The translations under genes and the position numbers were made by a program. From Nemertoderma westbladi (Eukaryota; Animalia; Xenacoelomorpha), in NCBI GenBank assembly GCA_032718475.1, contig JAUCBJ010009120.1, positions 41,909 to 105,908 of the forward strand: a DNA stretch of 64,000 nucleotides, given 5' to 3'. This document shows, piece by piece, positions 26,079 through 39,248 of the stretch. Every line of letters starts with the position of its first letter. Position 1 is the stretch's first letter. The notes below the pieces were generated by a model. It searched no databases, was not told the origin of the DNA, and was given only the letters and a program-made list of their open reading frames with translations.

Positions 26079-28657
26079 TAAATTTTTGAAACTTTTGGTG
26101 TGACTTTTTGAACTTTTGCGAAAACCTTTAGCTTCCATCAAAAATTTTGCTTAAATAATCGTAATTTAGGAGAATTCAAGAAACATTTTCTATAATTTAG
26201 AGTTATTTCTTACCATATTTTGTTTTATATTTCATGTAAAATATACAATAAACTTAACCAACTTAGAAATTAAATATTCTAGAATTTTCTATAATTAATT
26301 TGGGTACAAAAATAGTACTTAGTATTGACTTCATTATTATGTTGTAGAAACGATAAGCTACTACCAATGCGTTCTAGAACTACTGTAGTTCTAGAACGCC
26401 TTGGCTACTACCTAATTAAGTAGTGTTTTTTTAATCACCGGTGCTTTTTTCCCGCCCAACTGTTTGTATCAGGCAGTAGCACAAATTTGTAAGTATTTAT
26501 GTTATTGTATATTTTTAACGTGCTTATCGGCCTTAAGTTTATTTATTTGGTTAAGAAAAGTTCGTCCTGTTGTTATATTATACGCACGCAGTCAATTTAA
26601 TCCTTTTTATATTTATCGATGGGACTAATTGAATTCGGCGAACGTGTGCTAGAGTCAACCAAAACTATCGGCGAAGGCGGGTAGTAACGCCATATTCAGT
26701 TCCTGTACCCTCGAAAAGGGAAAATAATTCATGATATATTCAATATAATTGAATGAGGTGAATGTATTTTGAATGATAAGAGTTATATCATATATCGTTG
26801 TGCTCCACCTTATTTGTATTTATTTTAAACATGAATATAATTAGTGCCCCCGCAGAAAAAAATTCGCAGTGGCCGTATTACGATATTTGTCCACATATTT
26901 TTTTAAAAAAATTGCTACAACATGCTTGTATGCATGCATAGTGCATGCGGGATTGTTTAGCACTATCGACTAAGTGAAAATCCATTGTTATAGTAACTGA
27001 GGAAAGTTGCACCACATGTTTAGGTAACTCGTAAGGAAATATTAACTTTTACAATTATTCACGAGTGTATAAAAACAATAAAAAAACATTATCTAGGGAT
27101 TGCCTGAGCTGTATTGTCTCAAAGACAGAGCTGACTAACTAATCAATAAATAATTGAACATAACACATCATACTTAATTACAACCACAAACCGGGTCGTT
27201 AAAAATTAAGCCTCACTGGGGACATTGTGACGTCACAAAATGACGTAGATAATGTGTGTATACTTATCACTGTTATAGTGTTATAGTGCATCAATATTTA
27301 CACCCCATACACACCGAACACATACGAGTGCGGCTTAACACAAACAATGTGGGGACTGAGCCTAAATACGGTGAAATTTCATATTTAGACTAATTTGGCA
27401 ATGAAGATTTCGAATTTCCAGTCAGAACGTTATGGGGACGCCCCTTATTGTCACTTGTGGGCCACCGTGAGTGAACTTGAACGAACAGTAGCGAACAGAA
27501 GAGTGAACTTCTGACGCATTTGCCGTGCTCCTTCTATTCCTATTCCAGTATTCAATTCAATGTATTCATATTCACTTAAACAGTACTGGTAGCACTGTGA
27601 AAGGCAGAAAGAATAATTTATTATCCGTATTTTCCACTATATCGTTATTAGTCGAGTCAATCTAGCAAAAAACCCATAAGTATTTCGCAATCAATCCGAA
27701 CCACACATTTTGGTTTCTATATTACCTTATAAATGACCAAAAAAGTCTATAAAATTTTATTTTGCGGATCATATGTTTATTCATGGAAATTCTGCGTAAA
27801 TTTGCATAACACAAGCCAAACAAAAGGAACAGTAAGGAAAGTAAGTAGCAAATTGGTGATGTTCCAGAATAATTTAATTAATTTCACAATAAGCTGTGAT
27901 TCAATGGGAAATTAGTCATATTTACACTGGCGTGTCACATTGCTATATCTCGGAAACTAGAAGTCGCATCAAATTTTTAAATTTATCAAAAACTTCACGT
28001 TATATTAAGGAAACTGTTGTAAAAAAAATTATACAATTCCACTGCAAGGAAATTTCATAATTTCCATTAATGTTGGTGAAGATTTTTCACATAATTAAAT
28101 TGTGATTGCTCTATTGATTTTAGGTGTAATTTATTTATTTGTTTTAGTTTGAAAACCACAATAGTTTATCATATAACGAATAAATTTTTTGGGGATAAGG
28201 CTTTTTGAGGTCAATAAATCCGATGGGCGAGGTTACATGCACCCGTTTAGTAGAGAAGTTGTGTAAATAAGGTCCTTATATTGTACCAGCAAAATTGGTA
28301 TTAAAAATGGATAAATCATTAGATAAATTTCCGTTGCTCTGGAAACTAAATTGGTAACCATATAGAAGTGCATACTTCTGTCAATCGATAGTCATTAGAG
28401 TAAAGTTTGTCTGTACCAAATTTGGATAAAATCCCACCAAAAGACCCCTTGTTGCTATGTAAAATCCATGTTGCTATGGAAAGAAACAGGAAATTGAAGG
28501 TGATCCGCATAATATATTTTTATAGACTTTTTTGGGGGTATTAACAAGGAAGGTAATGTAGAATAAAAAAAGTTGGTTTGGATGAATTGCGAATTTGTTA
28601 TGGGTTGACCCCCTTTTTCGGCTAGATTGACTCGCCTATACACTGTAGCAGCTGCAG

Positions 28658-28658
<1 letters not shown>

Positions 28659-28690
<32 letters not shown>

Positions 28691-29495
28691 GGTCGAGCGA
28701 ACTCGGACAGTGGAAATGAGATCCTTCCAGGCTTCCCGATTCTCCATAGTTGTCGCAATTTCGTTTCTCCCAAGTTCAGTATCCCTTTCAAGTTGATCTA
28801 TATATGTTATGGCAGGTCGTCCACGACTACGCTTTCCATGAGTTGGTTGCCAGAGAAGTAGATCTGGTATGACCTCGTCTTTACTTCGCCAGCAGTGCCC
28901 ACTGAATCTTAATCTGCGTTCACGGAGGGTGGTTGATACAGGCGGTATTGTACCATAAAGCTCGGCGTTTGTCATGTGTTGTCTCCAGCTGATGTTTAGG
29001 GCTGCCCTTAGTAGTCTTGTGTAGCAACCATCAATTCGTTGTTCAAGTGATTTAGTCAGTGTCCAGGTCTCACCCCCGTATAAAAATACACTTTCCACTG
29101 TGGCTCGAAAGAACTTGGTCTTCAGGTGCCTGGAGAGATCTGATTTCCAGATGGTATCCATTTTTGATAGAGCTACCCAAGCCTTTGGTTTCCTAACTTC
29201 TATGTCCTTTTTGCTACTCTCTATCCATGATCCAAGGTACTGGAAGTCATCGACCTGCCTTAGTTGATTATTATCAATGGTTGTCAAGTTTCCATCAACA
29301 TTAAAGGTCATGAATTCGGTCTTGGTAGCATTTATATGCAATCCAACCTCCTTAGCAGCCCTCTCCACTTTATTTAGTAGAAGCTGTGCCTCTGCTAGCG
29401 TATTAGAGAGCAGGGCGATGTCATCCGCAAAGTCGGTGTCTGTGACTGTAGTTGCCGGATATCTACTACTTCTGCGTTCTTGAAGTGTGATCAAG
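28659..29495 (-). mobile_element. 5'-truncated RTE-type non-LTR retrotransposon (C-terminal RT part) with (TAG)n tail
   Basis: ORF 28688-29494 has DFADD, FQYLGS and RLRFSGHCWR...GRP motifs. The (TAG)n tail begins at the stop codon. GCTGCAGC at 28651 and 29496 is a candidate 8-bp TSD. Confidence 0.93.
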
Positions 29496-29535
29496 GCTGC
29501 AGCAGTACTGCTAAAATAGTCGCCCCAAAAGTTTT

Positions 29536-31196
29536 GGGTACATCTTTTGCGTAGAGGTATAGCCTACATAGAGGCTTCATGTAGGTATGTGTAGCCTACA
29601 TGTAGATGCACGTGTAGGGTGAATGTAGGTAGGTGTAGTCCCATAGATATTAATGTAATTTATGTGTCAACTTGCAGTAACGTGATACACGGTCGTCAAT
29701 CAGGATGTATGGCAATAATCTCTGATCTCCACGGTACAATACGGTACATCAACCTGCAGACCTGTCTGCTGTCAGACAACAGGTTTTACTGCATACTGCA
29801 GTACTGTATAAATATCAAACATCGCGTTCTGATTATACTAAAGTCCCTTACTCGTCATAAATATTATGCCGTAATAAATTTGAGTATGCTAACGCCACGA
29901 AAGGCATCGTTCCATTAGATTAACTCGTTCTGATTTATATGTTTATTAAGTAAGAGTAACCTAAACAAGAACAGCCATCATCGCGGGGACTATAGTCTAC
30001 CAGAAACCCTGACCCCCATCTGCCCCTCTTTATCTGTTTATCAACCACACATCCATGGGACTTGAACAGTACTTCAGCTTTGAAATGTTTTGGACGTTTT
30101 GTTTTGAAAGTAAAAATATAGAAGTCTGGAAGTTTTGTTTGTTTTAATTTTTCAGGCAGTCACATTCCACCAACCAGCAACAGTCCCATCCCTTCCCACT
30201 ATCCCGCGGACCACCACACTGTTTCATTATAAAGTATTCCCATCTCGATGATGGGAATTAATCAGTAATCCGATGGGATTCAAATCCCATCTCGAAGTAA
30301 CAGCAAAACAATAACACGAAAGTCAATAGCTTTACAGTTATATTTGATTGCATTGAAAGTTAATAGAAAGAAGAAGTTAAATTGCATATCCATTAAAATC
30401 TCATGAAATTGATACGGCAGTTTAGTAGATTAAAACGGCCACAGCAAGATTTATAAAATGAAAAATAAGTAAAATCAGCACAGCACACAATATTATCAAT
30501 ATAGACATTGAAGACAATTTAATAAACAAATACTATAAAAAAATATCTACTAACAATCAATACATGATATATATATATATATATACATCAGCGACTACCA
30601 TCGCCACTCTGGTTCAATCAATCAGTCCGGTATCATTGTTAGCGTTTTGTTGAATTACCCACTCATCCTCAGACCCACATGGACACCGACGACGAGCTCT
30701 AACCCTAACCGTTAGTCGATTCCTACTTGACTGGAAACATCAGGTTCGGGCCGTTCGGCCCATACAAAGTCATTAGCCTCCATGCCTGAACCCGCAGGAT
30801 CATAAGATCTACAGTATGTATCGGTATATCGTTCAGTCGTTTTTTCCTTTGTCAGTACTGTAGAATTGATAGGCTCCGTCTCGTGGGTATTCAGGGGACC
30901 CCCATTCGACGTATTCGCATCTCCTCCTGGTTGTTTCGGGTACCACCGCCCGCCATAGGCGCATCTCTTCGTGGTTGTTCCGGGTACCACCCCCGTTCGC
31001 CGCATTCGCATCTCATCGAGGAAGTTCGGGTCCGGGTACCCCGTGTAGGCCTATTCATTCATCATTGTTGTTTTTAAAGACCTACCTACACCTACCTACA
31101 TTCACCCTACACGTGCATCTACATGTAGGCTACACATACCTACATGTAGCCTCTATGTAGGCTATACCAGTATACCTCTACGCAAAAGTTATACCC
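29536..31196. mobile_element. Non-autonomous TIR transposon (about 100-bp TIRs, 9-bp TSD; Mutator- or Merlin-like)
   Basis: Starts GGGTACATCTTTTGCGTAGAGGTATA and ends TATACCTCTACGCAAAAGTTATACCC. AAAAGTTTT directly flanks both ends. Confidence 0.88.
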
Positions 31197-31353
31197 AAAA
31201 GTTTTAGCTGTTTAGGGGCTAGGGCTAGCAGTTTAGCAGCCGGCTGCATGGCATTTCTTCTAGTACAGTACTGCAGTGGTACCGGTACTGTACTGTAGTA
31301 CCGGTAGACCTTGATCGTGATATTCTACCAAATGTACAGGTACAGGTACTGTT

Positions 31354-33574
31354 GGGTAAATCTTTTCGACCTACGCGTAGGCCTACGCGTAGCTACGCGT
31401 AGCTACGCGTAGCTACGCGTAGTTCGCAACATTGGGTCATATATCACCAGTTTCAGAGTTTTAACAATAACTACGCGTAGGTGCTACGCGTAGCTACGCG
31501 TAGGTGCTACGCGTAGCTACGCGTAGGTCCTACGCGACCTACGCATAGGTGCTACCCATAACTATGCCTATACGTCGTTTATCATTAGTAGGCTTACGTA
31601 TTCCAAGCGAGTCAGTACTAAAATAAGGGTAAATCTTTTCGACCTACGCGTAGGCCTACGAGTAGATACGCGTAGCTACGCGTAGTTCGCAACATTGGGT
31701 CATATATCACCAGTTTCAGAGTTTTAACAATAACTACGCGTAGGTGCTACGCGTAGGTGCTACGAGTAGCTACGCGTAGCTACGCGTAGGTCCTACGCGA
31801 CCTACGCGTAGGTGCTACCCATAACTATGCCTATACGTCGTTTATCATTAGTAGAGGCCTACGTATTCCAAGCGCGTCAGTACTAAAATAAGACACAATA
31901 CGGTATGTTCAATAAACAACCCACAACCACCAAATGCTTTCAACAGTAATGTATCCTATACTCAATAGAGGAATACGCTAAGACTACATATTCTTCACTT
32001 CATGCGTTGCGGGCGGTAAAATGTGTTAATAATTAATGTTTAGAGTTCAAAAATAGTTTACAAAGGAAATAGGCCGATGGTTCTTATCGATTCTCTATGC
32101 TTTTTATTGCCTTTGTTCACGATAGGGCAAGGATATACTGTATTTAATATGTTAACCCCTTGACAAGGGAAGGGGGAGACTAAATTGTCTACCATGATTG
32201 GTTGCACTTGTTATTTGACCAAACAATTTGATTATATGCAGTATTTATCAGCTTTCGCTTAACCTCTTCACCGGTAGACTGGTCGCTTTATTTACTACTG
32301 TTCAATATTTAAATAATCCAATGGAAACAAAGATACTTGAATCATGAGACGTGAATTTTAAGTTTACTTTTTATTCATCCTCTGTGTTTGTATGTGAAAG
32401 AGCCGAATATTATTTATTACCAGTGCTGTATGTAGAGATATGAGTTTCCGATTCTGTTATTACATTTGTCTGATAATCAGATACCTGACATATACCGATA
32501 CTTGCCTAACAACTCAACCCTACCGGACCTGAAATGAAAAATCATTGTTATCAGGACTGCTACGCGTAGCACCTACGCGTAGCTACGCGTAGCACCTACG
32601 CGTAGTTTCAAAATACCTACGCGTAGTTCCAAAATAACTACGCGTAGTTTTAAAACACCTACGCGTAGTTGTTAAAAAGGCAGTAAGTCTGGCCCTACCG
32701 GTAAATGACAGGAATGGAAGTTACAAACTACGCGTAGCTACGCGTAGCTACGCGTAGCTACGCGTAGGCCTACGCGTAGGTCGAAAAGATTTACCCCTAA
32801 AATAAGACACAATACGGTATGTTCAATAAACAACCCACAACCATCAAATGCTTTCAACAGTAATGTATCCTATACCTGTATACTCTATATAGAGGAATAC
32901 GCGAAAACTACATAATTCTTCACTTCATGCGTTGCGGGCGGTAAAATGTGTTAATAATTAATGTTTAGAGTTCAAAAATAGTTTACAAAGGAAATAGGCC
33001 GATGGTTCTTATCGATTCTCTATGCTTTTTATTGCCTTTGTTCACGATAGGGCAACTAGGATATACTGTTTTTAATATGTTAACCCCTTGACAAGGGAAG
33101 GGGGAGACTAAATTGTCTATCATGAGACGTGAATTTTAAGTTTACTTTTTATTCATCCTCTGTGTTTGTATGTGAAAGAGCCGAATATTATTTATTACCA
33201 GTGCTGTATGTAGAGATATGAGTTTCCGATTCTGATATTACATTTGTCTGATAATCAGATACCTGACATGTACCGATACTTGCCTAACAACTCAACCCTA
33301 CCGGACCTGAAATGAAAAATCATTGTTATCAGGACTGCTACGCGTAGCACCTACGCGTAGCTACGCGTAGCACCTACGCGTAGTTTCAAAATACCTACGC
33401 GTAGTTCCAAAATAACTACGCGTAGTTTTAAAACACCTACGCGTAGTTGTAAAAAAGGCAGTAAGTCTGGCCCTACCGGTAAATGACAGGAATGGAAGTT
33501 ACAAACTACGCGTAGCTACGCGTAGCTACGCGTAGCTACGCGTAGGCCTACGCGTAGGTCGAAAAGATTTACCC
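31354..33574. mobile_element. Non-autonomous TIR transposon with CTACGCGTAG palindrome arrays (outer copy)
   Basis: TIR GGGTAAATCTTTTCGACCTACGCGTAGG and its reverse complement; 8-bp TSD GTACTGTT on both sides. Confidence 0.92.
31627..32796. mobile_element. Same-family transposon nested inside the outer copy
   Basis: Same TIRs; 9-bp TSD CTAAAATAA; internal sequence nearly identical to the outer copy. Confidence 0.92.
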
Positions 33575-33699
33575 GTACTGTTAGCGTTCGTTACTTGTAG
33601 GTACTGTTCTGTCTACTACTGGCTTACTGGCATACCTGCATACAGGCATAATCAGACATTCAGATGAGATAGGCCTACCGGTCTGCCGGTAATGCAGTA

Positions 33700-34746
33700 A
33701 TGGATTTAATTCTGAACATGATGACATCGTTGCTCCTATGCCTTTGTTTATTTGCTATCTCATTAAATGCTGCCGATTCGGATTCTTTCCTTTCCGTTAT
33801 AAACAAACCGGGTTCGGTTCACCTCCGACCGACCGAAGCAGTTTTTCCTTCCCGCGACGTCGACCAACTGGTTTCCTTATCCTTGGGATTTGACGGCGCC
33901 ACCGAATGGCCTGGACTTCTCGCCACCACCGATATATTCCACCGTCCCAAAGCCAACGTTCTGTTGGAGATTCATAGCGCCGATGGGTTCCCTCTGCCTG
34001 ACGCGACCGATCGCTTCCCTATGAGCTACCGAGGCGGCGTGAGTTTGCGGACGACTGCGCGACGAATTGAATCTCTATTCCCTTCGGGCCAACCGATTAT
34101 CTACATCCCTTCGCGGGTGGACCGAGACGCGACGAAACTAAACCAACTGAACTCCCCCGGCGAATCGGAACTAACGGAGTTCGACGTGACCGATCCGTCG
34201 CAACGCGAGTTCCTTCTCGACCTCCACTCCCTCCATCTTCTCGCCAACCTCCTCGACTCTTCTCTCTACCCCGCCGTCGTCGACGCCTTCCCTGATCTCT
34301 TTCACCTCCGTCTCGCCTCCCTCCGTCGCCTTTCCGATTCCCGCGGTCTCGACTCCCCGATCTACCGCTCCGCTGTTCGACTTCTCTCCGACGGAGTCGC
34401 CGACCTTGTCTCTCGGTTCGTCCGTCTCTACGGCGTCGACGGGGTCCTTATAGAAGCGGCCGTGTTCCCCGGATCCTCGGCGGATCTGTTGTTCCAAGAG
34501 TCCCCGCTGGAGGACTCTGGACCCCATGTCCGTGTGGTTAGAGACACCCAATCAGCGGGCGATAAGGATCTCAACCTAGCCGCACCCTACTCGTCTAACT
34601 TCCCGGTAATGTTTAATATTATCCTTTGGACCGTGGTTATTCTCATCTTGGCGTTCTACGCCGTAGCCGTCGGCATGTGGAACATGGACCCCGGGAGGGA
34701 CTCTGTCATATACAGAATGTCTCAATCCAGGTTGAAGAAAGATTGA
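33700..34746 (+). CDS. ATP6AP2: (Pro)renin receptor / V-ATPase accessory protein 2, single-exon CDS
   Basis: Signal peptide, IFHRPKANVL, basic RVVR site and the diagnostic C-terminus NLAAPYSSNFPVMFNIILW...WNMDPGRDSVIYRM...KKD. Start could be a downstream Met. AATAAA at 35281. Confidence 0.95.
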   Translation: MDLILNMMTSLLLCLCLFAISLNAADSDSFLSVINKPGSVHLRPTEAVFPSRDVDQLVSLSLGFDGATEWPGLLATTDIFHRPKANVLLEIHSADGFPLPDATDRFPMSYRGGVSLRTTARRIESLFPSGQPIIYIPSRVDRDATKLNQLNSPGESELTEFDVTDPSQREFLLDLHSLHLLANLLDSSLYPAVVDAFPDLFHLRLASLRRLSDSRGLDSPIYRSAVRLLSDGVADLVSRFVRLYGVDGVLIEAAVFPGSSADLLFQESPLEDSGPHVRVVRDTQSAGDKDLNLAAPYSSNFPVMFNIILWTVVILILAFYAVAVGMWNMDPGRDSVIYRMSQSRLKKD

Positions 34747-36733
34747 AGTATCTAATTATTCGAAATAATCAGCCATTCCCATTCCGTGTACTTTCATTGA
34801 TGAGTTACTAATTACGTGGATATTTCATTATAATGGGTATTAGTTAGGTACTGACTCTATTAGGTCATCACTTTTATTTATTTATTTTTCAGGAGGCTAA
34901 TAATAATACTGTAATAAGTCCTCAGGACTTTTCAACCTTGTATACCGGGGTAACTACTAACTAGTTGCAGCATTTCGATTTCATATCATATTGTAATTTA
35001 TTGTTAATTGGACTGAAATACCCAATAATTAAGAAAGAAAAAAACACGACCGTGTATAAACTATAAACGCATTTACAGTAACCATCCTTGGATTAGAGTC
35101 CAATAATATTTAGTTGTTATTTTATGTTATTGATTATTTTTTGTTATTTTAGTCTCTGTGTGCTGGTAGGATATATAGTACAGTCGTATAGGAGGTTGTA
35201 GAAGCCGTTACTTTATTATTACCTCACTACTCTACCGTATTAATATAATAGTAATAGTAAGCAGTATCTTATGGTTCATCAATAAATTATTGTGCTTTAA
35301 TATTAAATGTATTGTATTCCAAACTTTACATATTTCCACCGCGACTAATTCTCTCCACGTTGTTATAGACATCTCATCCGTCGCAACCCCCGCAGCTAAT
35401 GGTGGAATTTATTAACAACTTCGAACCCTCGCATCAGTTGCACATATTATTATGTTGAATGATTTTTATTTATGCGGCTAGATGTAAACGCGGATCCGGA
35501 TCCGGATTCCAAAATTATCAATTAAGGGAAAGGAGCAGGTTACAGTGGCACGTTATTTTAACCAAAACCATAAACTAAAGTCAATAGAACAGGTTATAGT
35601 TTTATTTTTGGGAGTTATAAAAATGTAAAAAAATCGACTTCCGTTGAGACAATGTTAAATGTAGAATCCGGATCCGCGTTTTACTCTGACCCTATTTATG
35701 TTTCTTACAAAGCTTAGAGATCCACTGTCGGCCATTTATAGAGATTCCATCCATAATAATTCACTGCACTTTTTTTAAAACAAAAAAAATAATATAGGTG
35801 TTTTTTTCATCAGTAATAATTGCTTCAAGGTGATACATTAAAACTAAACTACAACACAATACTGCTACATAAGTACAACCTTACAATGCTCCCATCCTCG
35901 TGTCTTTATTGGACTCAGTACGCTCGTTCGTTTAATCAATCAACTTGGATCAGCACACTGTAAAGTGCCACACAATAATTTGTAAATAAGTAGCTACCGA
36001 GCCGTGTTGAATGTATCTATCCATCCAGCCATAACATAATTGATAGTAATTACTAATTATTAGCAAAATATCAATCGATTATGTTATTTCTATTTTTAGT
36101 GATACGGTAGTTTTTTTTTAAATAATTTGTCACCTATTACTTGCACTTAGTAATTACTGTTCTTGTAATTGTTTAATTGTCGGCTATTCGATAAACTTGA
36201 GATAAATTCAATTCGTTTTGCAGTATAACAAATCTCATTGTTAATGTTAATTGCGTTAATATAAATATATCATTTGATTTTTCAACCAGTTCTATAGCAT
36301 TTTCTTATCCAATGCATACAAACATGGGTGGAAACTGGACGTAAATCCCAGCTCGGCGAATTATTATACCGCCTCAATCTTTAAAATCAATTTAGGGAAA
36401 GGAACAGGTTACAGTTTCACGTTATTCTAACCAAAACAATCACCTGTTATTTGCGTTGATTTTACCCTGGAGATGGGATGGATTTTTATTGAGTCGAACC
36501 CCCCCCCCCCCCCCCCCCCCTACTTTATGCTGCATGGAGGAGGCAATTTTTCTGTATTAATGTTCCAGAATACCTGACCTGACCGGTTGTAGCTTAAGAT
36601 TGAAAGCGAAAATAATAATTGTGACTCACCCACTGAGGAGAAGAGAGGTCAAACAACCTCTGTTCACGCAATATCGTTACAATTTGTAGAAAAATGGGGG
36701 GGGGGGGGGGAAACTATATAGAATAGATATAGA

Positions 36734-36789
36734 TCAAAGGATGGTATGCTTGAGCATGTGGATGACTTCTGTTACCTGGGATCATGGAT
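36734..36789 (+). mobile_element. 56-bp fragment of the RTE family found at 49038-50771
   Basis: Encodes SKDGMLEHVDDFCYLGSW and is nearly identical to the reverse complement of about 49606-49661. Confidence 0.85.
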
Positions 36790-37441
36790 TACGAGGTTTC
36801 AGTGCAGCAAGCCGATTATAGTAGTGGTAGTACGTCAGCCAGTCGTGAAGTTATTCTTGAATATCTTAAGCGATTCGTTGGTACCGTTGTTGGAGAGAGG
36901 ACAATGCATTGATTCCAAATATGTAACACAATTTGAATTTCGTTGCGAATATGGGTTTTTAGAAAAAAATTTATTGATGATTTAATTTATGGAAATTTAT
37001 TATATTTTAATATTAATACAGATAAGTATTCAATCTATCTCAGTTGCAAATTTCATTCAATCTCATTAAGATTTGTATAAAAATTTGCGGGGGGGGGGGG
37101 GTTGCTATTGAATTATGCTATTATATTCCGCGGCATGGTGTACACTTAATTGTTTGTAAGAACTGCCAATTTTAAAAATTTAATTTTTCTTAATTGAATT
37201 GTAAGATTTGTAAATAAAGGTGTGCTTCTATTAACAGTATCAATTGAAATACATACGAAACCGAGAAAGAACAGTTCCTATGGATTCTGACATCCATATT
37301 CTAGAATATTGTGAAAAATAAAGATACTAAGATGAATAATGATACTAAGGACTGTATATTAGTCGTAGCACAGTTAACATAATGCAGAATAATACGTATT
37401 AGCTATTTATCTGCTTATTTTCCCGCACAAATCGTAAGGTA

Positions 37442-37592
37442 ATGGCTGTGACTGACGCAATAAAGAAACGAGCCGTTTTAAACGAGATAACAGTTATAGT
37501 TTGCTGTGCGGTCTGGTGTTTGTTTATAGTTGGGGTAATATTCGCCTACTATAGAGATTATACTAATACTCAGAGATGGTTTACTATATTAG
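37442..37592 (+). CDS. Putative upstream exon (TM1) of the polycystin-1-like gene
   Basis: N..hydrophobic helix..AYYRD resembles PKD1-family TM1. A phase-1 donor TTAG|GTTGGC joins the phase-1 acceptor at 41984 to give RDYTNTQRWFTILVDQYKDMDHLYEVDIYTG. The donor is weak and the splice is inferred. Confidence 0.6.
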
Positions 37593-37711
37593 GTTGGCTT
37601 AATATAATTAATTTAATTAATAATAATTTTAAGAAATGGGATAGTGTGCCTACCAATGCACAGCCATCTGTACTAGTGCAGTAAGCGTACACCCCCACCA
37701 ACGTTTTATAC

Positions 37712-38738
37712 GGCTAGAGTTCCGTATAGAACTGCATTTTAAAACATATGTCATTGTTACTATGGCAACATTGAAGAGTTCTAGAACAATAGAAAAGTAT
37801 TATATACTATTCTAGAACATAAATAAAATAAAAAATAGAATGTTCTAGAAAATATAGCTACAGTAGTTTTTTTTAATTTTAAAATAGCTAGTAAATTTAA
37901 AAAAATATCCAATTTGGTAGATAAATTTTCTAATAAATAAATAATATAAATAAATATATTTTTTTGTATTACTAGCTATTCTAAATTTGAAAAATAACTA
38001 GCTATATGTTCTAGAACATTATATTGTTTGTATTATTTATGCTCTAGAATAGTGTATAATACATACAATATTACATAAGTAAAATAAAAATAATAATGTT
38101 CTAAAACATATAGCTAGTTTTTTAATTTAAAAATAGCTAGTAAATTTAACAAATAATACAATTTGGTACTGGTAGATAAATTTATTAATAATAATATAAT
38201 TAAATAAATTTTTTTTATTACTAGCTATATTTTGTTATATTTTTGTATATTGTTATTTATATTATTATTAAAAAATTGATCTACCGGTACCAAATTGTAT
38301 TATTTGTTAAATTTACTAGCTATTTTGAAATTAAAAAAATAGCTATATGTTTTAGAACGATATTATTTTTTATTTTATTAATGTAATATTATATGTATTA
38401 TACATAAATATGCATAAATAATACAAATAATTCAATGTTCCAAAACATATAGCTAGTTATTTTTCAAATTTAAAATAGCTAGTAATACAAAAAAAATATT
38501 TATTTATATTATTTATCTATTAGAAAATTTACCTACCAAATTGGATATTTTTTTTAATTTACTAGTTATTTTAAAATTAAAAAAAAACTAGCTATATGTT
38601 CTAGAACATTATATTTTTTATTTTATTTATGTTCTAGAATAGTATATAATACTTTTCTATTGTTCTAGAACTCTTCAATGTTGCCATAGTAACAATAACA
38701 TATGTTTTAAAATTGCAGTTCTATACGGAACTCTAGCC
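37712..38738. mobile_element. About 1-kb AT-rich foldback/MITE, almost fully palindromic
   Basis: GGCTAGAGTTCCGTATAGAACTGCA...TGCAGTTCTATACGGAACTCTAGCC, with inverted symmetry continuing for several hundred bp. A related fragment lies near 48085-48185. No TSD recognised. Confidence 0.88.
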
Positions 38739-39248
38739 AAAAAAAAAAAAAATTACAGTTAGGTGTTATACAGTATAATCACAATGATAATATTTATTTG
38801 AACCTGTAACCATAGCAACTTATTCTGAAATAAATTCATAAAATAAAGTTGTAGCCTAGTAGGAGTTGAATAAGGAAGGGAAGTTTATAGGCCTATTTGA
38901 TAAAAATTGCTTTTTTAAAAAATAATAGGTTTCTTGCAAAATCGCTAGCTAGCATGAAAATTGGTACCGGTAGTTATTAATGCTTATTGGTAATTAAACA
39001 ATATATTACACATAATAATAATTTCTAATAAAATTAGGCAATTAAAAAAAATGTTCTAGAACAAAAATTATTTGTTCCAAATACAGTAGCAGTAGAGTCA
39101 GATATGGGGACCATCACCCACAGCTACTCTGACTCTGAAACACATGCCCCGACCTGTTGTAAAATGTAAATTTTCTTCGGCCGCTAGGCCAGGGATTACG
39201 CACAAAGTCTGACGACTTATTTCCAGTACTCATTTAGCTACCACTTAA

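Noticed and set aside
34171-34551. 126-aa antisense ORF inside ATP6AP2
   Set aside because: Explained by C-rich codon bias of the sense gene.
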